From NCBI GenBank assembly GCA_036172245.1, contig JAYWIR010000110.1:62001-126000 (forward strand): 64,000 nt of DNA, in the 5' to 3' direction. The DNA comes from Raillietiella orientalis (lineage: Eukaryota). Both the position numbers and the translations under genes were made by a program. Shown here piece after piece: positions 47,311 through 59,100 of the stretch. Each line of letters starts with the position of its first letter. Position 1 is the first letter of the stretch. The notes beneath the pieces were generated by a model. That model was given only the letters and a program-made list of their open reading frames with translations, had not been told where the DNA came from and made no database searches.

Positions 47311-47572
47311 TCACCTCCCTCCCTCCCCCTTCCCAGAAAACTTTGCCCTCCAGACGTTTTTCTTTTTTTGTTTTCTTTTGTTTTATTTTTCCCGTCCTGG
47401 CGCCAGTGAAGGACCTTATCGACCTCGGGGTCGGTAAGAACAAGTGCAACCGAACTTCTGATCTGAAAATCTGACGTCGTAAAAAGAAAAATTTTAACAA
47501 CATAGACTTTGTTACAAAATTTTGTAATTTCAAAATTTCAGTAATAAAAGCCCCGGCTTACCCGGGTGAAAA

Positions 47573-50500
47573 ACTATAAGCACACCTAAAATTAGGATCA
47601 TCTATGCATTTCCATACCTGTCGTTTTACCTTTCTATCAGCACTTCTGAACTTGCCAACCTTCGTATATCGCGGTGGACATATGTGAGCAAAGGTGAAAA
47701 TGTTAATTTGCTTGCAAGACTTTGCTTAACAACTCAACGAATACTTTGTTTGTCGATGCCGAATGAATTTATAATTCAATCCGTTGTGTGTGCAGCTGCT
47801 TTTCATGAGAACACCAAACGAAACGAAGCTTCCATTTCCTCTTCTGGCCTCTTTAGACGCTCCGTCTTTAACTTATGACACCATACTCCAATGTGTTTCC
47901 AAACCTCCGATTTCTACTTTCGCGCCTCTTCTATTGTCGGCAACGTCGGTTTTCTTGTATGTAAATAAGACGCACAAGACTTTTTGCAGTGGTGAATATA
48001 ATTTGGAACACATGCGAAAATATCTTCCGCTTCTGAATTGCGGTTAACCTCGATGATGGCTTTTTGGGCTGCAACATTGGTTTCCTTGACAATGAATGAA
48101 ATTTCAAACTATTGATTTTTTCACAAGGTATCAAGAGACCACATGTTGCAACGCTATTGTTTTCATTTCACATTTATACGGAGAAAATGTATGCAGTATG
48201 ATGATGGATACTCTTTTGTGCAACGCGTATTTTGCTGACCCTACAACAAGAAACCAAGCCATCTAAAGATATGAGTTTTCACGACAGATAAAATTCCGCG
48301 CAGAAATCATCAACAATATGAAGGAAGAGGAATTGTTTTCCACGGTTTGCAGCATTGCTCTCTTCTTTGATTATCTTCAACCTAATCCATTGTGTACAGC
48401 TTTGTTACCAACGTGATTAGACATCAAAGACCCTTTCTCAGAATTCCATTCTTGCCACCAGAATTCAGTTACGAGATTTGAACTGTATGAAATTGTAAGA
48501 AGCGTCTCTTTGAGATGAGTGTACCAGTTGCATATTTCGTATCGACGACCATTCCAAAACCAATGCTTCGCCAATTTTAGTGCTAACTATAATGGATTTC
48601 ATAAATGATGTTGTGAATTCTTATGTAATGGTCTGCTTCATGCCTTTCATCGATAACAGAAATTGCTTTTGTTTGCACAGCACTCTACGCACACCTAGGA
48701 TTAGGATCATCTATGCATTTCCATACCTCTTGTTTTACCTTTTTATTAGCACTTCTGAACTTGCCAAACTTCGTATATCGATGTGGACATATGTGAGCAT
48801 AGGTGAAAATGTTAATTTGCTTGCAAGATTTTGCTTGAAAACTCAATGTATTCTTTGTTTGTCAATTCCGTTTGAATTTATAATTCAATCTGTTTTGAGT
48901 GCAGCTGCCTTCCATGAGAACACCAAACGAAACGAAGCTTCTGTATCCTCTTCTGGCCTCTTCAGACGCTCCGTCTTTAACTTTTCAGACCATATTCCAG
49001 TATATTTCGAAACCTCTGATTTCCTCTTTCCCGTCTCTTCTATTGTCGGCAACGTCGATTTTCTTCTATGTAAATAAGACACACCAGGCTTTTAGCAGTG
49101 GTAAATATAATTTGGAACACAAGCGAAAATATCTTCCGTTTCTGAAATGCGGTTAACCACAATGATGGCTGTTTGGACTGCAACATTGGTTTTCTTGAAA
49201 ATGCATCACATTTCAAACTATTGATTTTTTCGCAAGGTATCAAGAGACAAAATGTTGCAACGCTATTGTTTTCATTTCACAGTTTTACGCAGAAAGTGTA
49301 TGCAGTATGCAGATGGATACTCTTTTGTGCAACGAGTATTTTGCAGATCCTGCAACAACAAACCAAGCCATTTTAAGATATCAATTTTCACGGCAGATCA
49401 AATTCCGTGCAGAAGTCACTAACAATATGAAGGAAGAGGAAAAATTTCCGACAAATTGCAGCGTAGCTCTCTTCTTTGATCATCTTCAACTGAATCCATT
49501 GTGTACACCTTAGATGCCAACATGATTAGACTTAAGAGATCCGTTCTCAGAATTCCGTTCTTGCTACCAGAATTCAGTTACGAGATTTCAAAAGTATGAA
49601 ACTGTAAGAAGCTTATCTTTGAGATGAGTGTACCAGTTGCATATTTCGTATCGACGACCATTCGGCAACCAATGCTTCGCCAATTTTGGTGCTAATTATA
49701 ATGCTTTCGATAAATGATGTGGTGATTTCTTTTGTAATGGTTTGCTTCATGCCTTTAATCCATAACAGAAATTGCTTTTGTTTGCACATTACTATACGCA
49801 CACCTAGGATTAAGATCATCTATGCGTTTTCAAACCTGAGGTTTTATCCTTCCATAAGCACTGCTGATTTTAACGAACTTCGTATAACGCGATTGTCATG
49901 CGTGTGCAGAGGTTCAAATGTTGATTTGCTTGCAAGTGCTTGCCACACAACAGAAGGTATTTTCGGTTTGTTATTGCCGATTGAATTTACAGTATAGTCT
50001 GTTGTATGTACAGCTGCTTCGCATGAGAACAGCAAAAGTAACGTACCTTTTGTATCCTGTTCTGGCCTTTTCTGACGATTGACCTCCAACTTTTCAAACG
50101 ATGTTCTAGTGTTTTTCAATATCTTAGGTTTCCGCTTTCCTGTCTCTTCCATTTTCAGCATCGGCGTTTTTCTTATACGTGAAAAATATGCCGAAGCCAT
50201 TTTGCCGTGTCAAACATATTTTGAAACACGTGCAAAGTATATTTTGTTTTTGAAATAGAACGAATCTCAATGATTGGTCTTTCGCCTGCAACATTGGTTT
50301 CCCTGACAATGAATAAGATTTCAAACTATTCATTTCTTCCCAAGCAATCTAAAGACCAACATTTTAAACGCTGTTGTTTTGAGTTCACATTCTTACGGAG
50401 AAAATGTATGCATTATGCAAATGGACATTCTATCGAGCAACGCGCATTTTGATGAGACTCCAAGACACACAAGGCTTTTTGCAGTGTTAAACATAATTTC

Positions 50501-53155
50501 GAACACATGCGAAAATATCTTTAGTTTCTGAGACACAATGAATCTCAATGATGGCTCTTTGGATTGCAACATTGGTTTTCTTAACAATGAATAAAATTTG
50601 AAACTATTGATTTTTTCGCAAGGTATCAAGAGACAAAATGTTGCAACGCTATTGTTTTCATTTCACAGTTTTACGCAGAAAGTGTATGCAGTATGCAGAT
50701 GGATACTCTTTTGTGCAACGAGTATTTTGCAGATCCTGCAAAAACAAACCAAGCCATTTTAAGATATCAATTTTCACGGCAGATCAAATTCCGTGCAGAA
50801 GTCACTAACAATATGAAGGAAGAGGAAAAATTTCCGACAAATTGCAGCATAGCTCTCTTCTTTGATCATCTTCAACTGAATCCATTGTGTACACCTTAGA
50901 TGCCAACATGATTAGACTTAAGAGATCCGTTCTCAGCATTCCGTTCTTGCTACCAGGATTCAGTTACAAGATTTCAAAAGTATGAAACTGTAAGAACCTT
51001 ATCTTTGAGATGAGTGTACCAGTTGCATATTTCGTATCGACAACCATTCGACAACCAATGCTCCGCCAATTTTGGTGCTATCTATAATGCTTTTTATTAA
51101 TGTTGTCTGGATTTCTTTTGTAATGGTCCCATTCATGCCTTTTATCCATAACAGAAATTCTTTTTGTTTGCGCACCACTATGCGCACACCTAGGATTAGG
51201 ATCATCTATGCATATCCATACCTGTTGTATTATCCTTCCTTAAGCTCTGCTGATCTCAACGATCTTCGTAGAACGCGGTTGTCATGCGTTTGCAGAAGTT
51301 GAAATGTTGATTTGCTTGCAAGTGCTTGCTACACAAGAGAACGTATTCTCGGTTTGTTAATGTCGATTGAATTTATAGTATAACCTGTTGTATGTGCAGC
51401 TGCTTCGCATAACAACAGCCAAACAAACGAAGCTTCTATATCCTCTTCTGGCATCTTCAGACGCTCCGTCTTCAACTTTTCACACCATATTCCAATGTGT
51501 TTCGAAACCTCTGATTTCCACTTTTTCGTCTTTTCCATTGTCGGCAACGTCGATTTTCTTGTATCTAAGTAAGACACACAAGGCTTTTTGCAGTGGTAAA
51601 CATAATTTGCAACACATGCGAAAATATCTTACGTTTCCGAAATACGGTTAACCTCAATGATGGGTCTTTGGATTTCAACATCAGTTTCCTTGACAATAAA
51701 TGAAATTTCAAACTATTGATTTTTTCGCAAGGTATCAAGAGACCACATGTTGCAACGCTATTGTTTTCATTTTACAGTTTTACGCAGAAAATGTATGCAG
51801 TATGCAGATGGATACTCTTTTGTGCAACGCGTATTTTGCTGACCCTGCAACAACAAACCAAGCCATCTCAAGATATCAATTTTCACGGCAGATCAAATTC
51901 CGTGCAGAAGTCGCTAAAAATATGAAGGAAGAGGAAAGGTTTCTTAAAAATTGCAGCATAGCTCTCTTCTGTGATCATCTTCAACTGAATCGATTGTCTA
52001 CACCTTTGATGCCAACGTGATTAGACAGAAGAGATCCGTCCTCAGAATTCCATTCTTGCTACCAGAATTCAGGTAAGAGATTTCAAAACTATGAAACAGT
52101 AAGAAGCGGCTCTTTCAGATGAATGTACCAGTTGCATATTTCGTATCGACGACCATTCGGCAACCAATGCTTCGTCAATTTTGGAGCTATCTATAATGCG
52201 TTTCATAAATGATGTCTTGATTTCTTTTGTAATGGTACCCTTCATGCCTTTTATCCATAACTGAAATTCCTTTTGTTTGCACACCACTATGCGCACACCT
52301 AGGATTTGGATCATCTATGCATATCCTTACCTGTTGTTTTATCCATCCTTAAGCACTGCTAATCTCAACGAACTTCGTACAACGCGGTTGTCATGCGTTT
52401 GCAGAAGTTGAAATGTTGATTTGCTTGCAAGTGCTTGCTACACAAGAGAACGTATTCTCGGTTTGTTAATGTCGATTGAATTTATAGTATAATCTGTTGT
52501 ATGTACAGCTGCTTGGCATAACAACAGCAAAACAAACGAAGCTTCTATATCCTCTTCTGGCATCTTCAGACGCTCCGTCTACAACTTTTCACACCATATT
52601 CCAATGTGTTTCGAAACTTCTGATTTCCACTTTTTCGTCTTTTACATTGTCGGCAACGTCGATTTTCTTGTATGTAAGTAAGACACACAAGGCTTTTTGC
52701 AGTGGTAAACATAATTTGGAACACATGCGAAAATATCTTTCGTTTCTGAAATACAATTAATCTCAATGATGGCTCTTTGGATTGCAACATTGGTTTCCTT
52801 GACAATGAATGAAATTTATAACTATGGATTTTTTCGCAAGGTATCAAGAGACCACATGTTGCAACGCTATTGTTTTCATTTTACAGTTTTACGCAGAAAA
52901 TGTATGCAGTATGCAGATGGATACTCTTTTGTGCAACGCGTATTTTGCTGACCCTGCAACAACAAACCAACCCATCTAAAGATATCAATTATCACGATAG
53001 ATCAAGTTCCGTGCAGAAGTCACTAACAATATGAAGGAAGAGGAAAAATTTCCCACAAATAGGAGCATTACTCCCTTCTTTGATCATCTTCAACTGAATC
53101 CATTGTGTACACCTTAGATGCCAACATGATTAAACATAAGAGATCCGTTCTCAGA
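47573..53155. repeat. ~1108-bp tandem repeat array, right arm (about 5 units)
   Basis: Same anchor at about 48520, 49630, 51015 and 52125. One unit is 1386 bp. Confidence 0.95.
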
Positions 53156-53172
53156 GACCACAGTGCCCAACC

Positions 53173-56100
53173 AGTGTTTTGCCTCCCTTTCATTCATTAT
53201 GTGGAACTGATTTGCACCTTTTGGGGGTTTGGAATCAATTCGAAATCAGCAGATTTCACCTTTGCACTTTTGCGTTTTTCCACGGAGCATCCGTTTTCAG
53301 TGACCGGAAAATTTCCGTGATGGATATACGCACAAACGTACCTTTTCGGGGGTTGTGAAGAACATTGAGATGAGTCCGACGTTTCATTAGTGTGGGGCAC
53401 TCTGGAATCTGTGTCGTTTTCATGGTAACCAGTGTCGGAATTAGAAAGAAAAGGTTTTCCTTCTCTTCGATTCGTTATGTGTTCCGAATTTGCAACTTTT
53501 GGGGGTTCGGAATCGATTCTTAATCAGCAGATTTCACCTTTGCAATTTTGCGTTTTTCCACGGAGGATCCGCTTTCAGCGACCAGAAAATTCCCGTGATG
53601 TTTACACGCACAATCGTCCATTTCCGTTGCTTCAGAAGGACATTGAGATGAGTCCGACGTTTCATTAGGGTTGGGCACTGCGGACTCTGTGTCATTTTTA
53701 TGGTAACCAGTGTCGGAATTAGAAAGAAAAGGTTTTCCCTCTCTTTAATTCATTATGTGGTCCGAATTTGCAACTTTTAGGGGTTGGAATCGATTCTAAG
53801 TCAGCAGATTTCACCTTTGCACTTTTGCGTTTTTCCACGGAGGATCCCTTTTCAGTGACCGGAAAATTCCCGTGATGGAGATACGCACAAACGTACATTT
53901 TCGTTGGTTGTGAAGAACATTGAGATGAGTCCGACGTTTCATTAGGGTGGGCCACTGTGGACTCTGTGTCGTTTTCATGGTAACCAGTGTCGGAATTTGA
54001 AAGAAGAGGTTTTCCTTCCCTTTGATTCATTATGTGGTCCGAATTTGCAACTTTTAGGGGTTTGGATTCGATTCGAAATCAGCAGATTTCACCTTTGCAC
54101 TTTTTCGTTTTTCCACGGAGGTTCCGTTTTCAGATACTGGAAAATTCCCTTGATGGATATACGTACAAACGTACATTTTCGTGGGTTGAGAAGGACATTG
54201 AGATGAGGCCGACGTTTCATTAGGGTGGGGCACTGTGGACTCTGTGTCGTTTTCATGGTAACCAGTATCGGATTTAGAAAGAAGGTGCTTTAATTTTCTT
54301 TGATTCATTATGTGGTCCGAATTTGAGACTTTGAAGGGTTTGGGATCAATTCGAAGTCAGTAGATTTCACCTTTGCACTTTTGCGTTTTTCCACGGATGA
54401 TCCGTTTCCAGTGTCGGGAAAATTTCCGTGATGGATATACGCGCAAACGTCCATTTTCGTGGGTTCAGAAGGACATTGAGATGAGTCCGACGTTTCATTA
54501 AAATGGGGCACTGTGCACTCTGGGTCGTTTTCATGATAACCAGTGCCGGAATTGGAACGAAAAAGTTTTCCTTCTCTTTGATTGATTATGTGGTCCGAAT
54601 TTGACACTTTTTTGGGTTTGGAATCGATTCGAAATCAGCGGATTTCACCTTTGCACTTTTGCGTTTTTCCACGGAGGATCCCTTTTCAGTGACCGGAAAA
54701 TTCCCGTGATGGATATACGTACAAACGTACATTTTCGTTGGTTGTGAAGAACATTGAGATGACTCCGACGTTTCATTAGTGTGGGCCACTGTGGACTCTG
54801 TGTCGTTTTCATGGTAACCAGTGTCGGAATTAGAAAGAAGAGGTTTAACTTCTCTTTGATTCATTCTGTGGTACGAGATTGCAACTTTTGGGGGTATGGA
54901 ATCGATTCGAAATCAGCAGATTTCACCTCTGCACTTTTCGCCTCTTCACGGAGCATCCGCTTTCAGTGACCGCAAAATTCCTGTGATGGATAGAAGCACA
55001 AACGTGCATTATCGTGGGTTCAGAAGGACATTGAGATGAGTCCGACGTTTCATTAGGGTTGGGCACTGTGGATTCTGTGTCGTTTTCATGGTAACCAGTG
55101 TCGGAATTAGAAAGAAAAGGTTTTCCTTCTTTTTGATTCATTCTGTGGTACGAGATTGCAACTTTTGGGGGTTTGGAATCAATTCGAAATCAGCAGATTT
55201 CACCATTGCACTTTTCGCCTATTCACGGAGCATCCGTTTTCAGTGACCGCAAAATTTCTGTAATGGATATACGCACAAACGTGCATTTTTGTGGGTTCAG
55301 AAGGACATTGAGATGAGTCCGACGTTTCATTAGGGTGGGGCACTGTGGACTCTGTGTCGTCTTCATGGTTACCAGTGTCGGAATTAGAAAGGAGAGGTTT
55401 TCCTTCTCTTTGATTCATTCTGTGGTACGAGATTGCAACTTTTGGGACTTTGGAATCAATTCGAAATCACCAGATTTCACCTTTGCACTTTGGCGCCTCT
55501 TCACGGAGCATCCGTTTTCAGTGACCGCAAAATTCCTGTGATGGAGATAAGCACAAACGTCCATTTTCGTGGGTTCAGAAGGACATTGAGTTGAGTCCGA
55601 CGTTTCATTAGGGTTAAGCACTGTGGACTCTGTGTCGTCTTTATGGTAACCAGTGTCGGAATTAGAAAGAAGAGGTTTTCCTTCTCTTTGATTCATTATG
55701 TGGTCCGAATTTGCAACTTTTGGGGGTTTGGAATCGATTCGAAATCAGCAGATTTCAGCTTTGCACTTTTGCGTTTTTCCACGGAGGTTCCGTTTTCAGA
55801 TACAGGAAAATTCCCTTGATGGATATACGTACAAACGTACATTTTCGTGGGTTGAGAAGGACATTTAGATGAGTCCGACGTTTCATTAGGGTGGGGCACT
55901 GTGGACTCTGTGTCGTTTTGATAGTAACCAGTGTCGGAATTAGAAAGGAGAGGTTTTCCTTCCCTTTGATTTATTATGTGGTCCGAATTTGCAACTTTTG
56001 TGGGTTTGGAATCAATTCCAAACTAGCAGATTTCACCTTTGCACATTTGCGTTTCTTTACGAAGCATACGTTTTTACTGACCGCAAAATTCCTGTGATGG

Positions 56101-59100
56101 ATAGAAGCAAAAACGTGCATTTTCGAGGGTTGTGAAGAACATTGAGATGAGTCCGACGTTTCATTAGTGTGGGGCACTGTGGAGTCTGTGTCGTTTTCAT
56201 GGTAACCAGTGTCGGAATTCGAAAGAAAAGGTTTTCCTTCTCTTCGATTCGTTATGTGTTCCGAATTTGCAACTTTTGTGTGTTTGGAATCGATTCTAAA
56301 TCAGCAGATTTCACCTTTGCACTTTTGGGTTTTTCCACGGAGGATCCGTTTTGAGCGACCAGAAAATTCCCGTGATGGATATACGCACAATCGTCCATTT
56401 CCGTTGCTTCAGAAGGACATTGACATGAGTCCGACGTTTCATTAGGGTTGGTCACTGCGGACTCTGTGTCTTTTTGATGGTAACCAGTGTCGCAATTAGA
56501 AAGAAGAGGTTTTCCTTCTCTTTAATTCATTATGTGGTCCGAATTTGCAACTTTTGGGGGTTTGGAATTGATTCGAAATCAGCAGATTTCACCTTTGCAC
56601 TTTTGCGCCTCTCCACGAAGCATACGTTTTCAGTGACCGCAAAATTCCTGTGATGAATAGAAGCATAAACGTGCATTTTCGTGGGTTCAGAAGGACATTG
56701 AGTTGAGTCCGACGCTTCATTAGGGTTAAGCACTGTGGACTCTGTGTCGTCTTCATGGTAACCAGTGTCGGAATTAAAAAGAAGAGGTTTAACTTCTCTT
56801 TGATTCATTCTGTGGTACGAGATTGCAACTTTTGGGGGTTTGGAATCGATTCGAAATCAGCAGATTTCACCTCTGCACTTTTCGCCTCTTCACGGAGCAT
56901 CCGTTTTCAGTGACCGCAAAATTCCTGTGATGGATATACGCACAAACGTGCATTTTCGTGGGTTCAGAAGGACATTGCGATGAGTCCGACCTTTCATTAG
57001 GGTTATGCACTGTGGATTCTGTGTAGTTTTCATGGTAACCAGTGTCGGAATTAGAAAGAAAAGGTTTTCCTTCTTTTTGATTCATTATGTGGTCCGAGTT
57101 TGCAACTTTTGGGGGTTTGGAATCAATTCGAAATCAGCAGATTTCACCTTTGCACTTTTGCGCCTCTTCACGAAGCATACGTTTTCAGTGAACGCAAAAT
57201 TCCTGTGATGAATAGAAGCACAAACGTCCATTTTCGTGGGTTCAGAAGGACATTGAGATGAGTCCGACGATTCATTAGGATGGGGCACTGTGGACTCTGG
57301 GTCGTTTTCATGATAACCAGTGCCGGAATTAGAAAGAAGAGGTTTTCCTTCTCTTTGATTGATTATGTGGTCCGAATTTGACACTTTTTTGGGTTTGGAA
57401 TCGATTCCAAATCAGCGGATTTCACCTTTGCACTTTTGCGTTTTTCCACGGAGGATCCGTTTTCAGTGACCGGAAAATTTCCGTGATGGATATACGCACA
57501 AACGTACCTTTTCTTGGGTTGTGAAGAACACTGAGATGAGTCCGACGTTTCATTAGTGTGGGGCACTGTGGAATCTCTGTCGTTTTCATGGTAACCAGTG
57601 TCGGAATTAGAAAGTAAAGGTTTTCCTTCTCTTCGATTCGTTATGTGTTCCGAATTTGCAACTTTTGGGGCTTCGGAATCGATTCTAAATCAGCAGATTT
57701 CAGCTTTGCAATTTTGCGTTTTTCCACGGAGCATCCGTTTTCAGCGACCAGAGAATTCCCGTGATGTTTACACGCACAATCGTCCATTTCCGTTGCTTCA
57801 GAAGGACATTGAGATGAATCCGACGTTTCATTAGGGTTGGGCACTGCGGACTCTGTGTCATTTTGATGGTAACCAGTGTCGGAATTAGAAAGAAAAGGTT
57901 TTCCCTCTCTTTAATTCATTATGTGGTCCGAATTTGCAACTTTTGGGGGTTGGAATCGATTCTAAGTCATCAGATTTCACCTTTGCACTTTTGCGTTTTT
58001 CCACGGAGGATCCCTTTTCAGTGACCGGAAAATTCCCGTGATGGATATACGCACAAACGTATATTTTCGTTGGTTGTGAAGAACATTGAGATGAGTCCGA
58101 CGTTTCATTAGTGTGGGCCACTGTGGACTCTGTGTCGTTTTCATGGTAACCAGTGTCGGAATTAGAAAGAAGAGGTTTTCCTTCTCTTTGATTCATTATG
58201 TGGTCCGAATTTGCAACTTTTAGGGGTTTGGAATCGATTCGAAATCAGCAGATTTCACCTTTGCACTTTTTCGTTTTTCCACGGAGGTTCCGTTTTCAGA
58301 TACAGGAAAATTCCCTTGATGGATATACGTACAAACGTACATTTTCGTGGGTTGAGAAGGACATTGAGATAAGGCCGACGTTTCATTAGGGTGGGGCACT
58401 GTGGACTCTGTGTCGTTTTCATGGTAACCAGTATCGGATTTAGAAAGAAGGTGCTTTAATTTTCTTTGATTCATTATGTGGTCCGAATTTGAGACTTTGA
58501 AGGGTTTGGGATCAATTCGAAGTCAGTAGATTTCACCTTTGCACTTTTGCGTTTTTCCACGGATGATCCGTTTCCAGTGTCGGGAAAATTTCCGTGATGG
58601 ATATACGCGCAAACGTCCATTTTCGTGGGTTCAGAAGGACATTGAGATGAGTCCGACGTTTCATTAAAATGGGGCACTGTGCACTCTGGGTCGTTTTCAT
58701 GATAACCAGTGCCGGAATTGGAACGAAAAAGTTTTCCTTCTCTTTGATTGATTATGTGGTCCGAATTTGACACTTTTTTGGGTTTGGAATCGATTCGAAA
58801 TCAGCGGATTTCACCTTTGCACTTTTGCGTTTTTCCACGGAGGATCCCTTTTCAGTGACCGGAAAATTCCCGTCATGGATATACGCACAAACGTACATTT
58901 TCGTTGGTTGTGAAGAACATTGAGATGACTCCGACGTTTCATTAGTGTGGGCCACTGTGGAATCTGTGTCGTTTTCATGGTAACCAGTGTCGGAATTAGA
59001 AAGAAGAGGTTTTCCTTCTCTTTGATCCATTATGTGGTCCGAATGTGCAACTTTTAAGGGTTTGGGATCAATTCGAAGTCAGTAGATTTCACCTTTGCAC

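Larger units (their letters stand above)
42017..47572 (+). mobile_element. Full-length L1/Tx1-like non-LTR retrotransposon, about 5.55 kb (element A)
   Basis: ORF1 plus APE-RT-CCHC ORF2, AATAAA at 47543, target-site duplication ACTATACGCAC (42006-42016) / ACTATAAGCAC (47573-47583). The 1108-bp repeat resumes in register after it. Confidence 0.96.

Noticed and set aside
33877..53155. Protein-coding repeat (ORFs up to 166 aa such as 39684, 40793, 48580)
   Set aside because: Stops and frame differ between monomers, unit length is not a constant multiple of three, and no domain motif is recognisable.
53365..53395. Hammerhead ribozyme in the satellite (GATGAGTCCGACG / CTAATGAAAC)
   Set aside because: There is no CUGAUGA...GAAA core on one strand. 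The GTC/GAC stem would need a 1-nt loop and is followed by GTTT rather than GAAA.
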